64,000 nucleotides of DNA, from contig OY820579.1 in the NCBI GenBank assembly GCA_963681965.1, positions 3,456,001 to 3,520,000 on the forward strand, in the 5' to 3' direction. The notes below the pieces were generated by a model. That model was not told where the DNA came from and ran no database searches. It worked only from the letters and a program-made list of their open reading frames with translations. Both the position numbers and the translations under genes were made by a program. Positions 49,831 through 59,962 of this stretch are shown piece after piece (position 1 is the first letter of the stretch; every line of letters begins with the position of its first letter). This stretch comes from a bacterium. Its GTDB lineage: Bacteria > Electryoneota > JAOADG01.

Positions 49831-51678
49831 ATGAATCGATGGTATCTCGCAAGGTCACGCATGTTGAGCTTGCTCATATGGGTTACGCTTTGTTTTTCGG
49901 TTGCACTGCCGGTGTACGCGGCATGGTATCCGATCATGACCGAAACATTCGAAACCGCGTCTCGCAACTGGACGTGGCGTCAACCTCAGACTGGAACTCC
50001 GATACGGATCTGGCAAGTAACACCTTGGCCATATATGCAGCTTCCGCATTGGGGTATTGAAAACCGAATTTATCGCCCCGATCAATCTTATCCAGAACGA
50101 TATGTTCAAGCTGCTTGGTGCGATGCGTCAACCGACCCGACACAACAAGGGGCGGGACGTTCACCGGAATTCGATTTTTATCGCCCGAATATGCACACTG
50201 TGATGTGGTGGGGTCCAGTGGATACCCGCGGTATGCACAATCTTCGGGTACAATTCGACTGGATTAATAACACTGTCGTTGGCGATACTTTCTTCTGGGA
50301 AGCAACTTCCAACGCGGGTAATCCGATTGCCGGCGATTATCGCAGCCGATGGTTCCAAGGGATCTCGGTTCGGTCGCGGTTCGATTCGACCACGATGACA
50401 ACAGTGTACGACACAACGCGGACATGGCATCGCGGACAAGCCGATATCGAATGGCGTAATGGTTCGATCACGATCGACAGTCTCGACTCTGCCGGGACGA
50501 TCATTTCGATTGCCGGACGAAATAACATCTATTTTGGGTGGCGATTTAAATCGCATTCGTTCGACACTTCGGCAGTTCACCGTCTTGGACCGTTCGTCGA
50601 CAACGTGCGTGTAGCATATGACGACGGTTTATTCGATCTCGCGGCAATGAATTGCACGCACTTAATCTCACGCGATTCGAGTTACGCTCAGTTCCCGCAG
50701 GTGCTCGACACATTGACCTTCCGGCTCCGGTTGAATATCAATGGTGCCGGTGCATTGCGCGACACGGCGAACAATTTGGTTCGAGCCCGTGTGACGTGCA
50801 AGATCAATAATATGGCATATTGGGATACGTTGGTTGCCGTCGATGCACTCGAAGGATCCAATACAGTTTGGTTGTATTCACCGCATTTCGTTCCACAGAT
50901 TGAAGGTCGTTATCGCGTCTGTTGGAAAGTCGATGCCGACACAGTGGTTCACGAATCGTCGGAAACCAACAATAGTTGCTGCGACGATGCCGCCGACTCA
51001 ACAGGCTTCATGGTGATTCAACCGAATATGCCGCCGATGGCACAATTCTTGAGTTTGAATGACGCCGATACGGTTCGGGTTATGCGCATCTACGGTCATC
51101 ATGCATACTATGGGGTGATTGCCGACGTTCGCGATGTCGACAATATTGCCGAATGGTATTTGTATATCAGTCAGGACAGTGCGCTTGGTTCCGGAACGGT
51201 GTATGACACCTATCCCGGTTTCCCGCGACAAACCCACGATGGCGCGGATACGATCAATGTCGATTACGGCGCGTTAAGTAGTGGTGGTTGGTATTTCTCG
51301 GTATTTGCTACCGACAATCTCAACAACCCGATCTGGGTACGTGCGCGTGCTTGTTTGTTCGTCGAAGACGATCCGAACGAAGTGAAACAGGAACCGACCA
51401 ATCTGTTACCGACGACGAATTGTTTGAAGAACGCTTATCCGAATCCATTCAACTCCGAAGTCATCTTGAAGATCGGATTGAAGGAGCGGTTAAGTGGTGT
51501 CGTTACGATCACCGATATTATGGGTCGTGAAGTAGATCGATTGCAGTTACCGGTAAGTGCTCCGGGTTGGCACGACATTACGTGGCGACCGTCGCAACTA
51601 TCCTCCGGTGTCTATTTCGCCCGATTCATTACAAAGGGTCAAGTCGTATCGACTATCAAGTTGTCGTATGTGAAGTAA
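49831..51678 (+). CDS. Secreted protein with CARDB-like domain and T9SS type A-like C-terminal domain
   Basis: Start after GGAGG; signal peptide; VDADTVVHESSETNN; AYPNPFNS...SSGVYFARF...KLSYVK. Confidence 0.82.
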   Translation: MNRWYLARSRMLSLLIWVTLCFSVALPVYAAWYPIMTETFETASRNWTWRQPQTGTPIRIWQVTPWPYMQLPHWGIENRIYRPDQSYPERYVQAAWCDASTDPTQQGAGRSPEFDFYRPNMHTVMWWGPVDTRGMHNLRVQFDWINNTVVGDTFFWEATSNAGNPIAGDYRSRWFQGISVRSRFDSTTMTTVYDTTRTWHRGQADIEWRNGSITIDSLDSAGTIISIAGRNNIYFGWRFKSHSFDTSAVHRLGPFVDNVRVAYDDGLFDLAAMNCTHLISRDSSYAQFPQVLDTLTFRLRLNINGAGALRDTANNLVRARVTCKINNMAYWDTLVAVDALEGSNTVWLYSPHFVPQIEGRYRVCWKVDADTVVHESSETNNSCCDDAADSTGFMVIQPNMPPMAQFLSLNDADTVRVMRIYGHHAYYGVIADVRDVDNIAEWYLYISQDSALGSGTVYDTYPGFPRQTHDGADTINVDYGALSSGGWYFSVFATDNLNNPIWVRARACLFVEDDPNEVKQEPTNLLPTTNCLKNAYPNPFNSEVILKIGLKERLSGVVTITDIMGREVDRLQLPVSAPGWHDITWRPSQLSSGVYFARFITKGQVVSTIKLSYVK

Positions 51679-51698
51679 CGTAATTCAAAAGGATTTCG

Positions 51699-51728
51699 AC
51701 GGGCTGTGGCAACGCAGCCCGTTTTTTT
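51699..51728 (+). terminator. Rho-independent terminator
   Basis: ACGGGCTG-TGGCAACG-CAGCCCGT followed by a T-run. Confidence 0.8.
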
Positions 51729-51807
51729 ATTATCGAATAAATCCTAACTTGCGAACTATACATCTTCAGGTTGCAAGAACTGCGATAATCGGTTAAGTTG
51801 ATAAGCC

Positions 51808-52869
51808 ATGTCCAATTCATCGATCATCAATCTGAACGATTCCCTACCGCCATTGATCGGTAACGATCGAACCGATTTAGCAGCGTTATTCGCACCGGAG
51901 CAGCAACCGTCCTTTCGCACCGAGCAAGTTTTCAAATGGCTATATGGCAAAGGGATCCGCGATCCTCGCGACTTTTCGAATATGCCGAAACCGTTTCGGA
52001 CTCACTTAGCCGAGAATTTTTCCGAATCGGCAGTGGAAGTGGAATATCGTACCTCTTCGGATGTATCTCAGGTAGTAAAATATTTGTTCCGGTTGGTCGA
52101 TGGAAAAAAAGTAGAAGGTGTGTGGATACCGGATCGCGACCGTGGTACGCTATGTGTTAGCTCGCAGGTCGGTTGTGCACTGGGGTGCGAATATTGTGCC
52201 ACGGGATCGATGGGATTTACCCGAAATTTGACATCAGGCGAAATCATCGATCAATTGCTCACGGTACGATATCGTGAAAATAAACTAATCACTCATGTGG
52301 TCTTCATGGGGATGGGTGAACCGCTACAGAATTACGACGCAGTAGCGAAGATCGTGCGGATACTTAACGATCCTGCCGGCTGTGCCATCGCCCGTCGTCA
52401 CATCACAATCTCGACTGCCGGGTGGATACCGGGAATCGAACGATTGATCGCCGATCATCTGCCCTGCCGCTTAGCAATATCTCTGGGATCACCGGACGAT
52501 GAAATACGAGCGAAATTGATGCCGGTAGCACAGCGATTTCCATTAACTGATTTGTTTGCCGCAGCGAAAGCATGGACATCGGAAATGGACGATCATGTAA
52601 CGATCGAATATACTTTGCTCGCCGGAGTGAATGATCGTCCGGAAGATGCTAAAAAATTGAATAAGATGCTGATGGGGATACCGTCGAAGATCAATATTCT
52701 CACATATAATCCGGGACCGGATGCGCGATTCGAACGATCTTCGGGTGCACAAACGGAACGATTCACGACGCTGTTGGAAGAAATCTTTTGCGGTCCGGTG
52801 ACACGACGGATTTCGCGAGGCGATGAGATCGGTGCTGCCTGCGGTCAACTGGTATTGTTAAAAAAATAG
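51808..52869 (+). CDS. rlmN: 23S rRNA (adenine-C2)-methyltransferase RlmN
   Basis: CVSSQVGCALGCEYCATG, VFMGMGEP, IGAACGQL. Confidence 0.95.
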   Translation: MSNSSIINLNDSLPPLIGNDRTDLAALFAPEQQPSFRTEQVFKWLYGKGIRDPRDFSNMPKPFRTHLAENFSESAVEVEYRTSSDVSQVVKYLFRLVDGKKVEGVWIPDRDRGTLCVSSQVGCALGCEYCATGSMGFTRNLTSGEIIDQLLTVRYRENKLITHVVFMGMGEPLQNYDAVAKIVRILNDPAGCAIARRHITISTAGWIPGIERLIADHLPCRLAISLGSPDDEIRAKLMPVAQRFPLTDLFAAAKAWTSEMDDHVTIEYTLLAGVNDRPEDAKKLNKMLMGIPSKINILTYNPGPDARFERSSGAQTERFTTLLEEIFCGPVTRRISRGDEIGAACGQLVLLKK

Positions 52870-53105
52870 ATTTTCATAGTGATCGTCGTCACTCGACTGC
52901 GAACCGGCACTTACTTCAATGCGTAAGATATGGTATATTTCAGACGGTACTTTTGTGCGGGCGACACCCCGCGATAAAGATTCGGGTACCAACGGGCTTT
53001 GCAACCTGTCGGTATTGAGATATAACGAAAAAATGGACACAAGCTGCGGTCGGATAAAGTTCCGACCTGAGGAAGAATATTTGCGGGAAGAGAAAGGAAT
53101 TGCCG

Positions 53106-54932
53106 ATGTGCGGGATAATTGGCTATATCGGAAATAAAGAGGCACTGCCGATTTTGTTGCAGGGGTTGGAACGAATGGAATATCGCGGTTACGACTCCGC
53201 CGGTGTCGCAATCGTGAATGACGGTGTGATGTATACTGATAAAGTCGTCGGTCGCATCCAAACCTTGATTAACTCAACCGAACTGAAACACCTTCCCGGA
53301 CATTTAGGCATCGGACATACCCGCTGGGCAACCCACGGTATTCCTTCTACCCTCAATGCTCACCCGCATTACGATCAAAATCAAACCATCGCGCTGGTGC
53401 ACAACGGAATTATTGAAAACTACCATGCGATTCGCACCAAATTGGAACGCGACGGTGTCCAATTCGTCAGCGAAACCGATACCGAAGTGCTCGCGCAATT
53501 GATCGGTTATCTGTATCGCGGCGATCTTGAAGAAGCCGTTTCTGAAGCACTGTCTCAGGTGGAAGGTGCATACGGCATCGCGGTGATCCACAAGGACGAA
53601 CCGAATAAAATCATTACGGCGCGCATCAGTTCGCCGATCATTGTCGCAATCGGTGAAGGCGAGAATTTTGTCGCATCCGATCCGGCAGCACTGGTCCGCT
53701 ATACTCGCAATATGACGCATTTGGACGACGGCGAATTGGCAATCGTTACCCGCGAAGGGGTGGAATTTAAAAAGAAAAAGACGACTGTCAGTAAAACCTT
53801 CGAACAGGTTTCGATCGATATCGATCAAATCGAGCGTGGCGGTTACGCGCACTTCATGTTGAAAGAGATCTTCCTGCAGCCGCAAACGCTTTCCGATACG
53901 ATGCGCGGTCGGTTGTTGGTGGAAGAAGGCGACATCAAACTCGGCGGTTTGGTTCCGGTAATTGAAGAACTGGCACAGATGAAACGTGCGATCTTTCTCG
54001 GCTGTGGTACCGCATGGCACGCCGGTTTGATTGGTGAATGTCTGTTTGAAGATCTGGCACGCATTCCGGCAGAAGTGGAATATGCGAGTGAATTTCGCTA
54101 TCGCGATCCGGTGATTGAACCGGGAACCGTCGCGATCGCGATTTCGCAATCGGGTGAAACAGCAGATACGCTTGCCGCAGTACAAGAAGCGAAACGCAAA
54201 GGTGCGTTGGCGGTTGGAATCGTGAATGTCGTCGGGTCGACAATTGCGCGAGAAACCGATTTTGGAACCTATCTTCACGCCGGTCCGGAAATCGGTGTAG
54301 CATCGACCAAAGCGTTTACTAGTCAGGTGTTAGTGCTAACGATGCTGGCGATCAAATTGGGACGGCTTCGTGGTACGCTCTCGCACGAGCGCGCCTATCA
54401 ATTGGTCGAAGAACTCATTGCGCTCCCGAAGAAAGTGGAAGCGATTCTCGATCAACGGCACATTATTCGTTCGATCGCCGAACGGTATGCATCAACGCGA
54501 AATATGCTGTTCCTCGGTCGCGGTTATCAATTCCCGGTGGCTCTGGAAGGAGCGTTGAAGCTAAAGGAAATCTCGTACATCCATGCCGAAGGATATCCTG
54601 CTGCAGAAATGAAACACGGTCCGATTGCACTGATCGACGAAAAGATGCCAGTGGTATTTTTAGCACCACGCGACCCGTTACGAGCGAAGTTGATCTCGAA
54701 TATCGAACAGGTGCGCGCACGCGGCGGTATCGTGATTGCCATTTGTCAACCGGGCGACGACGAGATTCGCAATATCGCTCATGAAGTCATCGAAATTCCC
54801 GAAACGATTCAGCAGTTGCAACCGATCTTGACGGTGATTCCGCTCCAGTTGCTGGCTTACGACACCGCTGTGCAATTGGGTTTGAATGTCGATCGACCGC
54901 GCAACTTGGCTAAATCGGTGACGGTCGAATGA
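53106..54932 (+). CDS. glmS: Glutamine--fructose-6-phosphate transaminase (isomerizing)
   Basis: MCGIIG, EYRGYDSAG, GHTRWATHG, SQSGETADT, PRNLAKSVTVE. Confidence 0.98.
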   Translation: MCGIIGYIGNKEALPILLQGLERMEYRGYDSAGVAIVNDGVMYTDKVVGRIQTLINSTELKHLPGHLGIGHTRWATHGIPSTLNAHPHYDQNQTIALVHNGIIENYHAIRTKLERDGVQFVSETDTEVLAQLIGYLYRGDLEEAVSEALSQVEGAYGIAVIHKDEPNKIITARISSPIIVAIGEGENFVASDPAALVRYTRNMTHLDDGELAIVTREGVEFKKKKTTVSKTFEQVSIDIDQIERGGYAHFMLKEIFLQPQTLSDTMRGRLLVEEGDIKLGGLVPVIEELAQMKRAIFLGCGTAWHAGLIGECLFEDLARIPAEVEYASEFRYRDPVIEPGTVAIAISQSGETADTLAAVQEAKRKGALAVGIVNVVGSTIARETDFGTYLHAGPEIGVASTKAFTSQVLVLTMLAIKLGRLRGTLSHERAYQLVEELIALPKKVEAILDQRHIIRSIAERYASTRNMLFLGRGYQFPVALEGALKLKEISYIHAEGYPAAEMKHGPIALIDEKMPVVFLAPRDPLRAKLISNIEQVRARGGIVIAICQPGDDEIRNIAHEVIEIPETIQQLQPILTVIPLQLLAYDTAVQLGLNVDRPRNLAKSVTVE

Positions 54933-55795
54933 CAACTAGTGCACGTATCGACTTACATTTACATTCAACTGCTTCAGACGGATATTTATCACCTTGTGAA
55001 TTGATGCGTTTCGTCCAGGAAAATGGCGTAACGCTCTGCTCGCTAACCGATCATGACACTCTGGACGGTGTTGCGGAAGCTATTGCCGAAGCGGATCGGA
55101 TTGGACTAAGGTGTATTCCCGGGATCGAATTATCCTGTCTGATTGAAACCAAATCAGTTCATCTATTAGCATATTTCAACCGTGTCGCTCCTCCGCTGCT
55201 TGTCGAGAAACTAGCGGAAATTCAACGGTGGCGTGCCGAACGCAATCCTAAGATGGTTGCGAAATTGCAGGCACTCGGTTTTAGCATCACGATGGACCAA
55301 GTAGCCTCCGAAGCCGGTGGCGGTCAGATTGGACGCCCGCACATCGCACGGGTATTATTGCAACAGGGTGCAGTCAAAACGATCGACGAAGCCTTCGAAA
55401 AATTTCTGACTCCCGGCAAACCGGCATATGTGGAAAAGGATCGATTATTCCTGAAAGATGCCGTCAAACTAGTGCACGATGCCGGTGGCATTGCGGTGTT
55501 AGCGCACCCTTTAGTCTATAATTTCATGCAACCGACGTTGTTGAAATGGCTGGTGAATATTGCCATCGAAGCTAAGATCGACGGCGTCGAAGCCTTCTAC
55601 ACCGATCATCGTCAACATCAACGCAAAGCAATCGAACAACTGACTCAAGAAGCCGGATTACTGGTCAGCGGTGGTTCCGACTTCCATGGTCCGATCAATG
55701 GTCTGGTAAAACCCGGTATTGGATACGGAGATTTAAAAATTCCGGATTATGTCGGTACGGTATTCACGAAACGAATTGAAGCGCTCCCGAAATAA
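54929..55795 (+). CDS. PHP domain phosphoesterase (TrpH/YciV-like)
   Basis: DLHLHSTASDG, TDHDT, GRPHIA, LAHP, GGSDFHG. Confidence 0.93.
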   Translation: MTTSARIDLHLHSTASDGYLSPCELMRFVQENGVTLCSLTDHDTLDGVAEAIAEADRIGLRCIPGIELSCLIETKSVHLLAYFNRVAPPLLVEKLAEIQRWRAERNPKMVAKLQALGFSITMDQVASEAGGGQIGRPHIARVLLQQGAVKTIDEAFEKFLTPGKPAYVEKDRLFLKDAVKLVHDAGGIAVLAHPLVYNFMQPTLLKWLVNIAIEAKIDGVEAFYTDHRQHQRKAIEQLTQEAGLLVSGGSDFHGPINGLVKPGIGYGDLKIPDYVGTVFTKRIEALPK

Positions 55796-55842
55796 TCTCT
55801 ATCAAACCACAATTTTTCCTCGGTTTAGAAGGGTTTGTCCGG

Positions 55843-57492
55843 ATGAATCGAATACATCCTTTTAATCTACTCATCGTATTAATCGGACTCATCCTTCCGG
55901 TATGCGGCTTCACGCAACCGGTTTCATCGATTCCGATCGATCACTGGCTCACGCCAGTGTTGACGCGCTGGGTGATTGCCGGGTGGGCACCGGATCTGTC
56001 CGAAACCGAACAACCGTATAGTCGGGACGATGCTGCAGCAGTGATTCATAGTTTGGAAGATGTCGCAGCATCGTGCGGTGACCGGTTGAGCGCGGGCGAT
56101 CTTACACTGCTCGAACGCGCGAAAATCGAATTGCGCGAAGAGTTGTCGGTACTGAAGAAGCGGGATGAAGCGAGTGGAAATGTCATAAGCAATCTCGTTC
56201 GCCGAGCTAAAGAATTTTTGGGAATGCAGGGTGGCGATGGTGTCAATCGGTTACATACCTATTTTGAACCGACAGTAGCAATGACGAGGATTGACGATCG
56301 CAACGAATGGAACCCTTCGGGAACGCTGCGATTCGGGTATGCACCATTTCCAACTGTAGCTGCTTCGATAGGGATTCGCAGCTATCGCTACCACGATCGT
56401 CAGATATATCCGCAATCGCACTGGGGCGATGTAGCTTCGCAGATCGACGATTCCTATCTCCGTTTCGCCAGCGGCAACTTCACCATCACATTCGGTAATG
56501 AGAAGCGTCAGATCGGAGTACCGGGTCTTGATCGTTTGCTGTTAAACGGTTCTGCTCCTGCCTTTCCCGGATTCGATTTCCGGTTCAGCAATCGCGATTT
56601 TACGATTCGATATCTCATCGGACAACTTAATCAAGGGCGCGATCCTCGCATTATTTCCGATCTCCTCATCAGTAAATATCAACGCACCCTCATTTTGAAG
56701 CGGGTGGAATATCACCCTACCACAAACTGGGGTGCGGGATTCAGTGATGGTATCGTACTCGCTCATGCGAATGGAATTGGTTGGTCGTATCTCCTTCCGG
56801 TACCCAATATTGTCGCGCTGAATAGCCAACCGAAAGGAACGGAACAGGCGACCGAACTGGTTGGCATCGATGGTTGGTATCGGATTCATCGACGTACCCT
56901 CGCCAGTGTTGAATTTATTTATTCGGATTATTCGCATATCGATCAGTCGAAACGGACTCCACCGACTTACGGCTGGCGTGTCGGATTGACCAGTGTCGAT
57001 CCGTTGGGATTGCTGGGTACGGACTGGACGATTGGATATGAACGGATCATGCCGAGATTGTATCAGGGGGCTGGAGATTCATCTTCTAGCGATCGCGATG
57101 GCACGCGCTGGATGCAACAACGTGCACCGCTGGGCAGTGCATTCGGCAACGATTTCGACCGGGTAAATCTCCAATTCCATCATATCCTACCTTACGGTCT
57201 GCAGTATTCGATCGATCTCGCTCATCAACGGAGCGGTAACCGCAATGTGCTCGATCCCTTCGATAATAGTTATCTCGGAACGAGCGAAAGTGCGCGATTC
57301 CTCGCACCACCAGTGGAATACCAGACCAGTTGTGGCTTACAAATGAAGTGGTTGTCGAACCAACAGTGGCAGGTGGCTGGCAGTTTCGATTGGGTGCATT
57401 CGGAGAATACCGGTCATCAAATGGGTGTCAAATCAGAGACCCGTAGTTATTCATTGGCAGTGACATATTTTCTCCACCATATCGGGAATTAA
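55843..57492 (+). CDS. Outer-membrane beta-barrel, capsule assembly Wzi-like
   Basis: Signal peptide, helical N-terminal PYSR segment, LLLNGSAPAFP, PLGSAFGND, alternating beta-strands. Confidence 0.6.
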   Translation: MNRIHPFNLLIVLIGLILPVCGFTQPVSSIPIDHWLTPVLTRWVIAGWAPDLSETEQPYSRDDAAAVIHSLEDVAASCGDRLSAGDLTLLERAKIELREELSVLKKRDEASGNVISNLVRRAKEFLGMQGGDGVNRLHTYFEPTVAMTRIDDRNEWNPSGTLRFGYAPFPTVAASIGIRSYRYHDRQIYPQSHWGDVASQIDDSYLRFASGNFTITFGNEKRQIGVPGLDRLLLNGSAPAFPGFDFRFSNRDFTIRYLIGQLNQGRDPRIISDLLISKYQRTLILKRVEYHPTTNWGAGFSDGIVLAHANGIGWSYLLPVPNIVALNSQPKGTEQATELVGIDGWYRIHRRTLASVEFIYSDYSHIDQSKRTPPTYGWRVGLTSVDPLGLLGTDWTIGYERIMPRLYQGAGDSSSSDRDGTRWMQQRAPLGSAFGNDFDRVNLQFHHILPYGLQYSIDLAHQRSGNRNVLDPFDNSYLGTSESARFLAPPVEYQTSCGLQMKWLSNQQWQVAGSFDWVHSENTGHQMGVKSETRSYSLAVTYFLHHIGN

Positions 57493-57515
57493 TGCGAGAT
57501 ACTTAGAACAGAAGG

Positions 57516-58020
57516 GTAGCGGCGGACTTAAAAGAGTCCGCTTTCTATTTATGTAGCCGCAGGCTTATGGCTTTTAACTAAATAGATTAACTTCGATGTT
57601 GCGTTGGATTTTAGTCCATTCTCTGTTTCATTTTATCAAGAATTGCGGATTGAAGATCGAAGCGACAAATCAGTGTGCATATGGTAGGGGCGCTCTTACG
57701 CGTCCACCCGTAACAGTTGAATTCGCAGAATGCGCAGATTGAAATATTGAGTCATAAGTTGCGGGCGTATTACCTTCGGTGAGTGCTTCGCGGTTGCCAT
57801 TAGCCCCTACTGTGGCTATTGCATCAGACACGAGCGGTTCGCGAACCGCCCCTACCAAAGTAAATAGTTTAAAGCCTTTAGCCTGCGTTTTTAACTTGTA
57901 TCCTGTAGAAAGAGTTGATCCCTGAATTCGCCTTTTTTATTCAATACAATAGTTGGTCAGAACAAGTTCTGACCTACAGAAAAGAAGTGAGTCGCAGGAT
58001 CTGAGTTCGGCAGTACTACA
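57516..58020. repeat. Intergenic REP cluster G (partly degenerate)
   Basis: GTAGCGGCGGACTT...AGTCCGC (57516), GTAGCCGCAGGCTT (57553), GTAGGGGCGCTCTTACGCGTCC (57684), GCGGTTCGCGAACCGCCCCTAC (~57834-57855), GTCAGAACAAGTTCTGACCTAC (~57956). Confidence 0.8.
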
Positions 58021-58042
58021 AAATATGAAATAGAAGATCAGT

Positions 58043-59962
58043 TTAGGGATTTCCGGTAGAGTATGTATGACCGAAGTTGGTGCTGAGAGTCAGACGGATG
58101 GTCGTTCGGTCGTCAATTTCATCGGATAACCAATTTCCGACACTCCCAACCGATGTGGTGATATGCAGGGGTGATAGGTCACTCGAGTACGACGACCAGC
58201 TATAATCCAGCGCCACTTCCCACGGAGTCATTTTGCGCGATTTATAATCGGTCAAAGCCGATTTCAAGCGAACATAACCGATCCGAACTGTACTCAACCA
58301 TGTATTCGACACAACTTTTCCGCTGCTGGAAGTTGAATTCGACACGAAAACGGGAACTAACAACTCCGTACCCGATCGCTCAGAAAGAGTTAAGGATGAA
58401 TTAGCAGACCAGTCGCGCTTATCCGATAGAAAATAACGGTAGTATCCAAACCGGTAGCGAATCGATCGCTCCGGAAATTTCTTAGTCAGCCAGTCAAGTT
58501 GAAATTGTCCGCCTTCGGTTTGAATGGATTGCTGATGTTGAGATTGCGACCACCAACTGTCTAGCGGTTGATTGCGGACTTCCCACCACATCGTACCGGA
58601 GAGACCCGAATTCGTTTGATTGACCGGCTTCAACCAGCTCTCCAAACGGATCGTTTCGAGCGGCGAATATTCAACTAGCATTGTCAGTGGTAGAAAGTAG
58701 TCCCGGTAGTTATCATTGTCCAATTGTTTCACCGTCTGCATTCGATTGAAGGAAATCGACGATCCGAATAACCTTTTTTCGCCGAATCGACTCCAACTGC
58801 AGCCGAGCGCGTAGCTTCCGGCATTCGCCGATTTCGTCTTGCCAATATCGGATTGATTGCCGCTTGGTGAAATAATTCCGTCGTCGAAACCGATGGCACC
58901 ATTTAGTTGCCATTGTGAATGATATTGTCGCGGTTGTTGTCGCCAAGCGATACGTAAAGAACCGTGAATTTGCGATGTTGCAAGTTCATTGCTGGCGATA
59001 GATTGCGTTGCAAGCGGACGTTTATCGGTGAGATCGGAGTTGAACCACTCGAATTCGGGAGTCAGTGACCATCCGGTCGTTACTCGGATCCGACCGTAAA
59101 TACCGATACGATTGCCGAATTCCTTAAGCGACTGTTCTTGTTCCAATGCGGTCTTTGCGATTAATTTCGTTTCCCACGTACCGGCACGAAGACCGAATTC
59201 TTCCAGCTTTCCCCCTTCGGGATGACTGGTGAAAGCAATCCGGTTCCAGCGCAGTTGCAGCCGATTTTGTCGATCGTCTTTGGCATCGCCGTTACTAAAT
59301 CCCATACCACCAATAAACAGTGTACGACCATCGCCACCATACGCCAGATCGGCAGCGATCTGATCGGTCTGTTTCAAGAGCGAAGTCGAATTTGCTTTGC
59401 GATCATCCCAATGCCCGTAGACCATCAAGGATGTGGCTTGCGAAATAAGCGCCATTGACGAAGCAAGTCGGGTGCGACTTTCGGCGGTAGAAGTCATTGC
59501 CGATGCCGTACCGCCGAACCGCATGGAATTGCGCAGCGAATTAATCATCGTAAAGGATGAGTACCGGTTTCCCGAGTAATATGGCAGCACACCGGAGCGT
59601 GGATCGTTGACTGAAATATAATTCTGTGCCAAATGCGAAGGTGAGAACAGTATCCCGACGGCGCACGGAACACGACCCTGCGCAATAAATCCGTCATTTA
59701 CAGCAACACTGTCAGGATTGGCAGAAGTAAGCCCTTCCCGCTCGCGGATCGTCTCAGCGAACGATCCGGTCGGTTCCGAATTCATGTCTTGCGGGATGTC
59801 AAATCGCGAGATATTGCGATCAGAATCTTTGTTAATTGGCTCGAGTGGATCGAGCAAGCTTGGATCGGCAGAAACCACATTAATCAGTGCAGAAAGATAG
59901 ATTGCGGATACGAAAAGCCATCCGCGAAAAGTCACACAGCGCACCGATAAAGATCGTCTCAC
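58043..59962 (-). CDS. Hypothetical exported, probably beta-barrel protein
   Basis: 639-aa ORF, N-terminal hydrophobic segment, aromatic-rich alternating strands, 4-bp overlap with the upstream permease. Confidence 0.6.
   Translation of the reverse strand: MRRSLSVRCVTFRGWLFVSAIYLSALINVVSADPSLLDPLEPINKDSDRNISRFDIPQDMNSEPTGSFAETIREREGLTSANPDSVAVNDGFIAQGRVPCAVGILFSPSHLAQNYISVNDPRSGVLPYYSGNRYSSFTMINSLRNSMRFGGTASAMTSTAESRTRLASSMALISQATSLMVYGHWDDRKANSTSLLKQTDQIAADLAYGGDGRTLFIGGMGFSNGDAKDDRQNRLQLRWNRIAFTSHPEGGKLEEFGLRAGTWETKLIAKTALEQEQSLKEFGNRIGIYGRIRVTTGWSLTPEFEWFNSDLTDKRPLATQSIASNELATSQIHGSLRIAWRQQPRQYHSQWQLNGAIGFDDGIISPSGNQSDIGKTKSANAGSYALGCSWSRFGEKRLFGSSISFNRMQTVKQLDNDNYRDYFLPLTMLVEYSPLETIRLESWLKPVNQTNSGLSGTMWWEVRNQPLDSWWSQSQHQQSIQTEGGQFQLDWLTKKFPERSIRYRFGYYRYFLSDKRDWSANSSLTLSERSGTELLVPVFVSNSTSSSGKVVSNTWLSTVRIGYVRLKSALTDYKSRKMTPWEVALDYSWSSYSSDLSPLHITTSVGSVGNWLSDEIDDRTTIRLTLSTNFGHTYSTGNP

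Noticed and set aside
52870-53105. glmS ribozyme in the 236-bp leader of glmS
   Set aside because: The conserved AGCGCC...GACGAGG core is not visible; only a degenerate REP (GTCGGATAAAGTTCCGACC, ~53049) was found.
53304-54278. 324-aa antisense ORF (likewise 18966..19619, 28073..28648, 41369..42073)
   Set aside because: Opposite well-supported genes, with no recognisable motifs.
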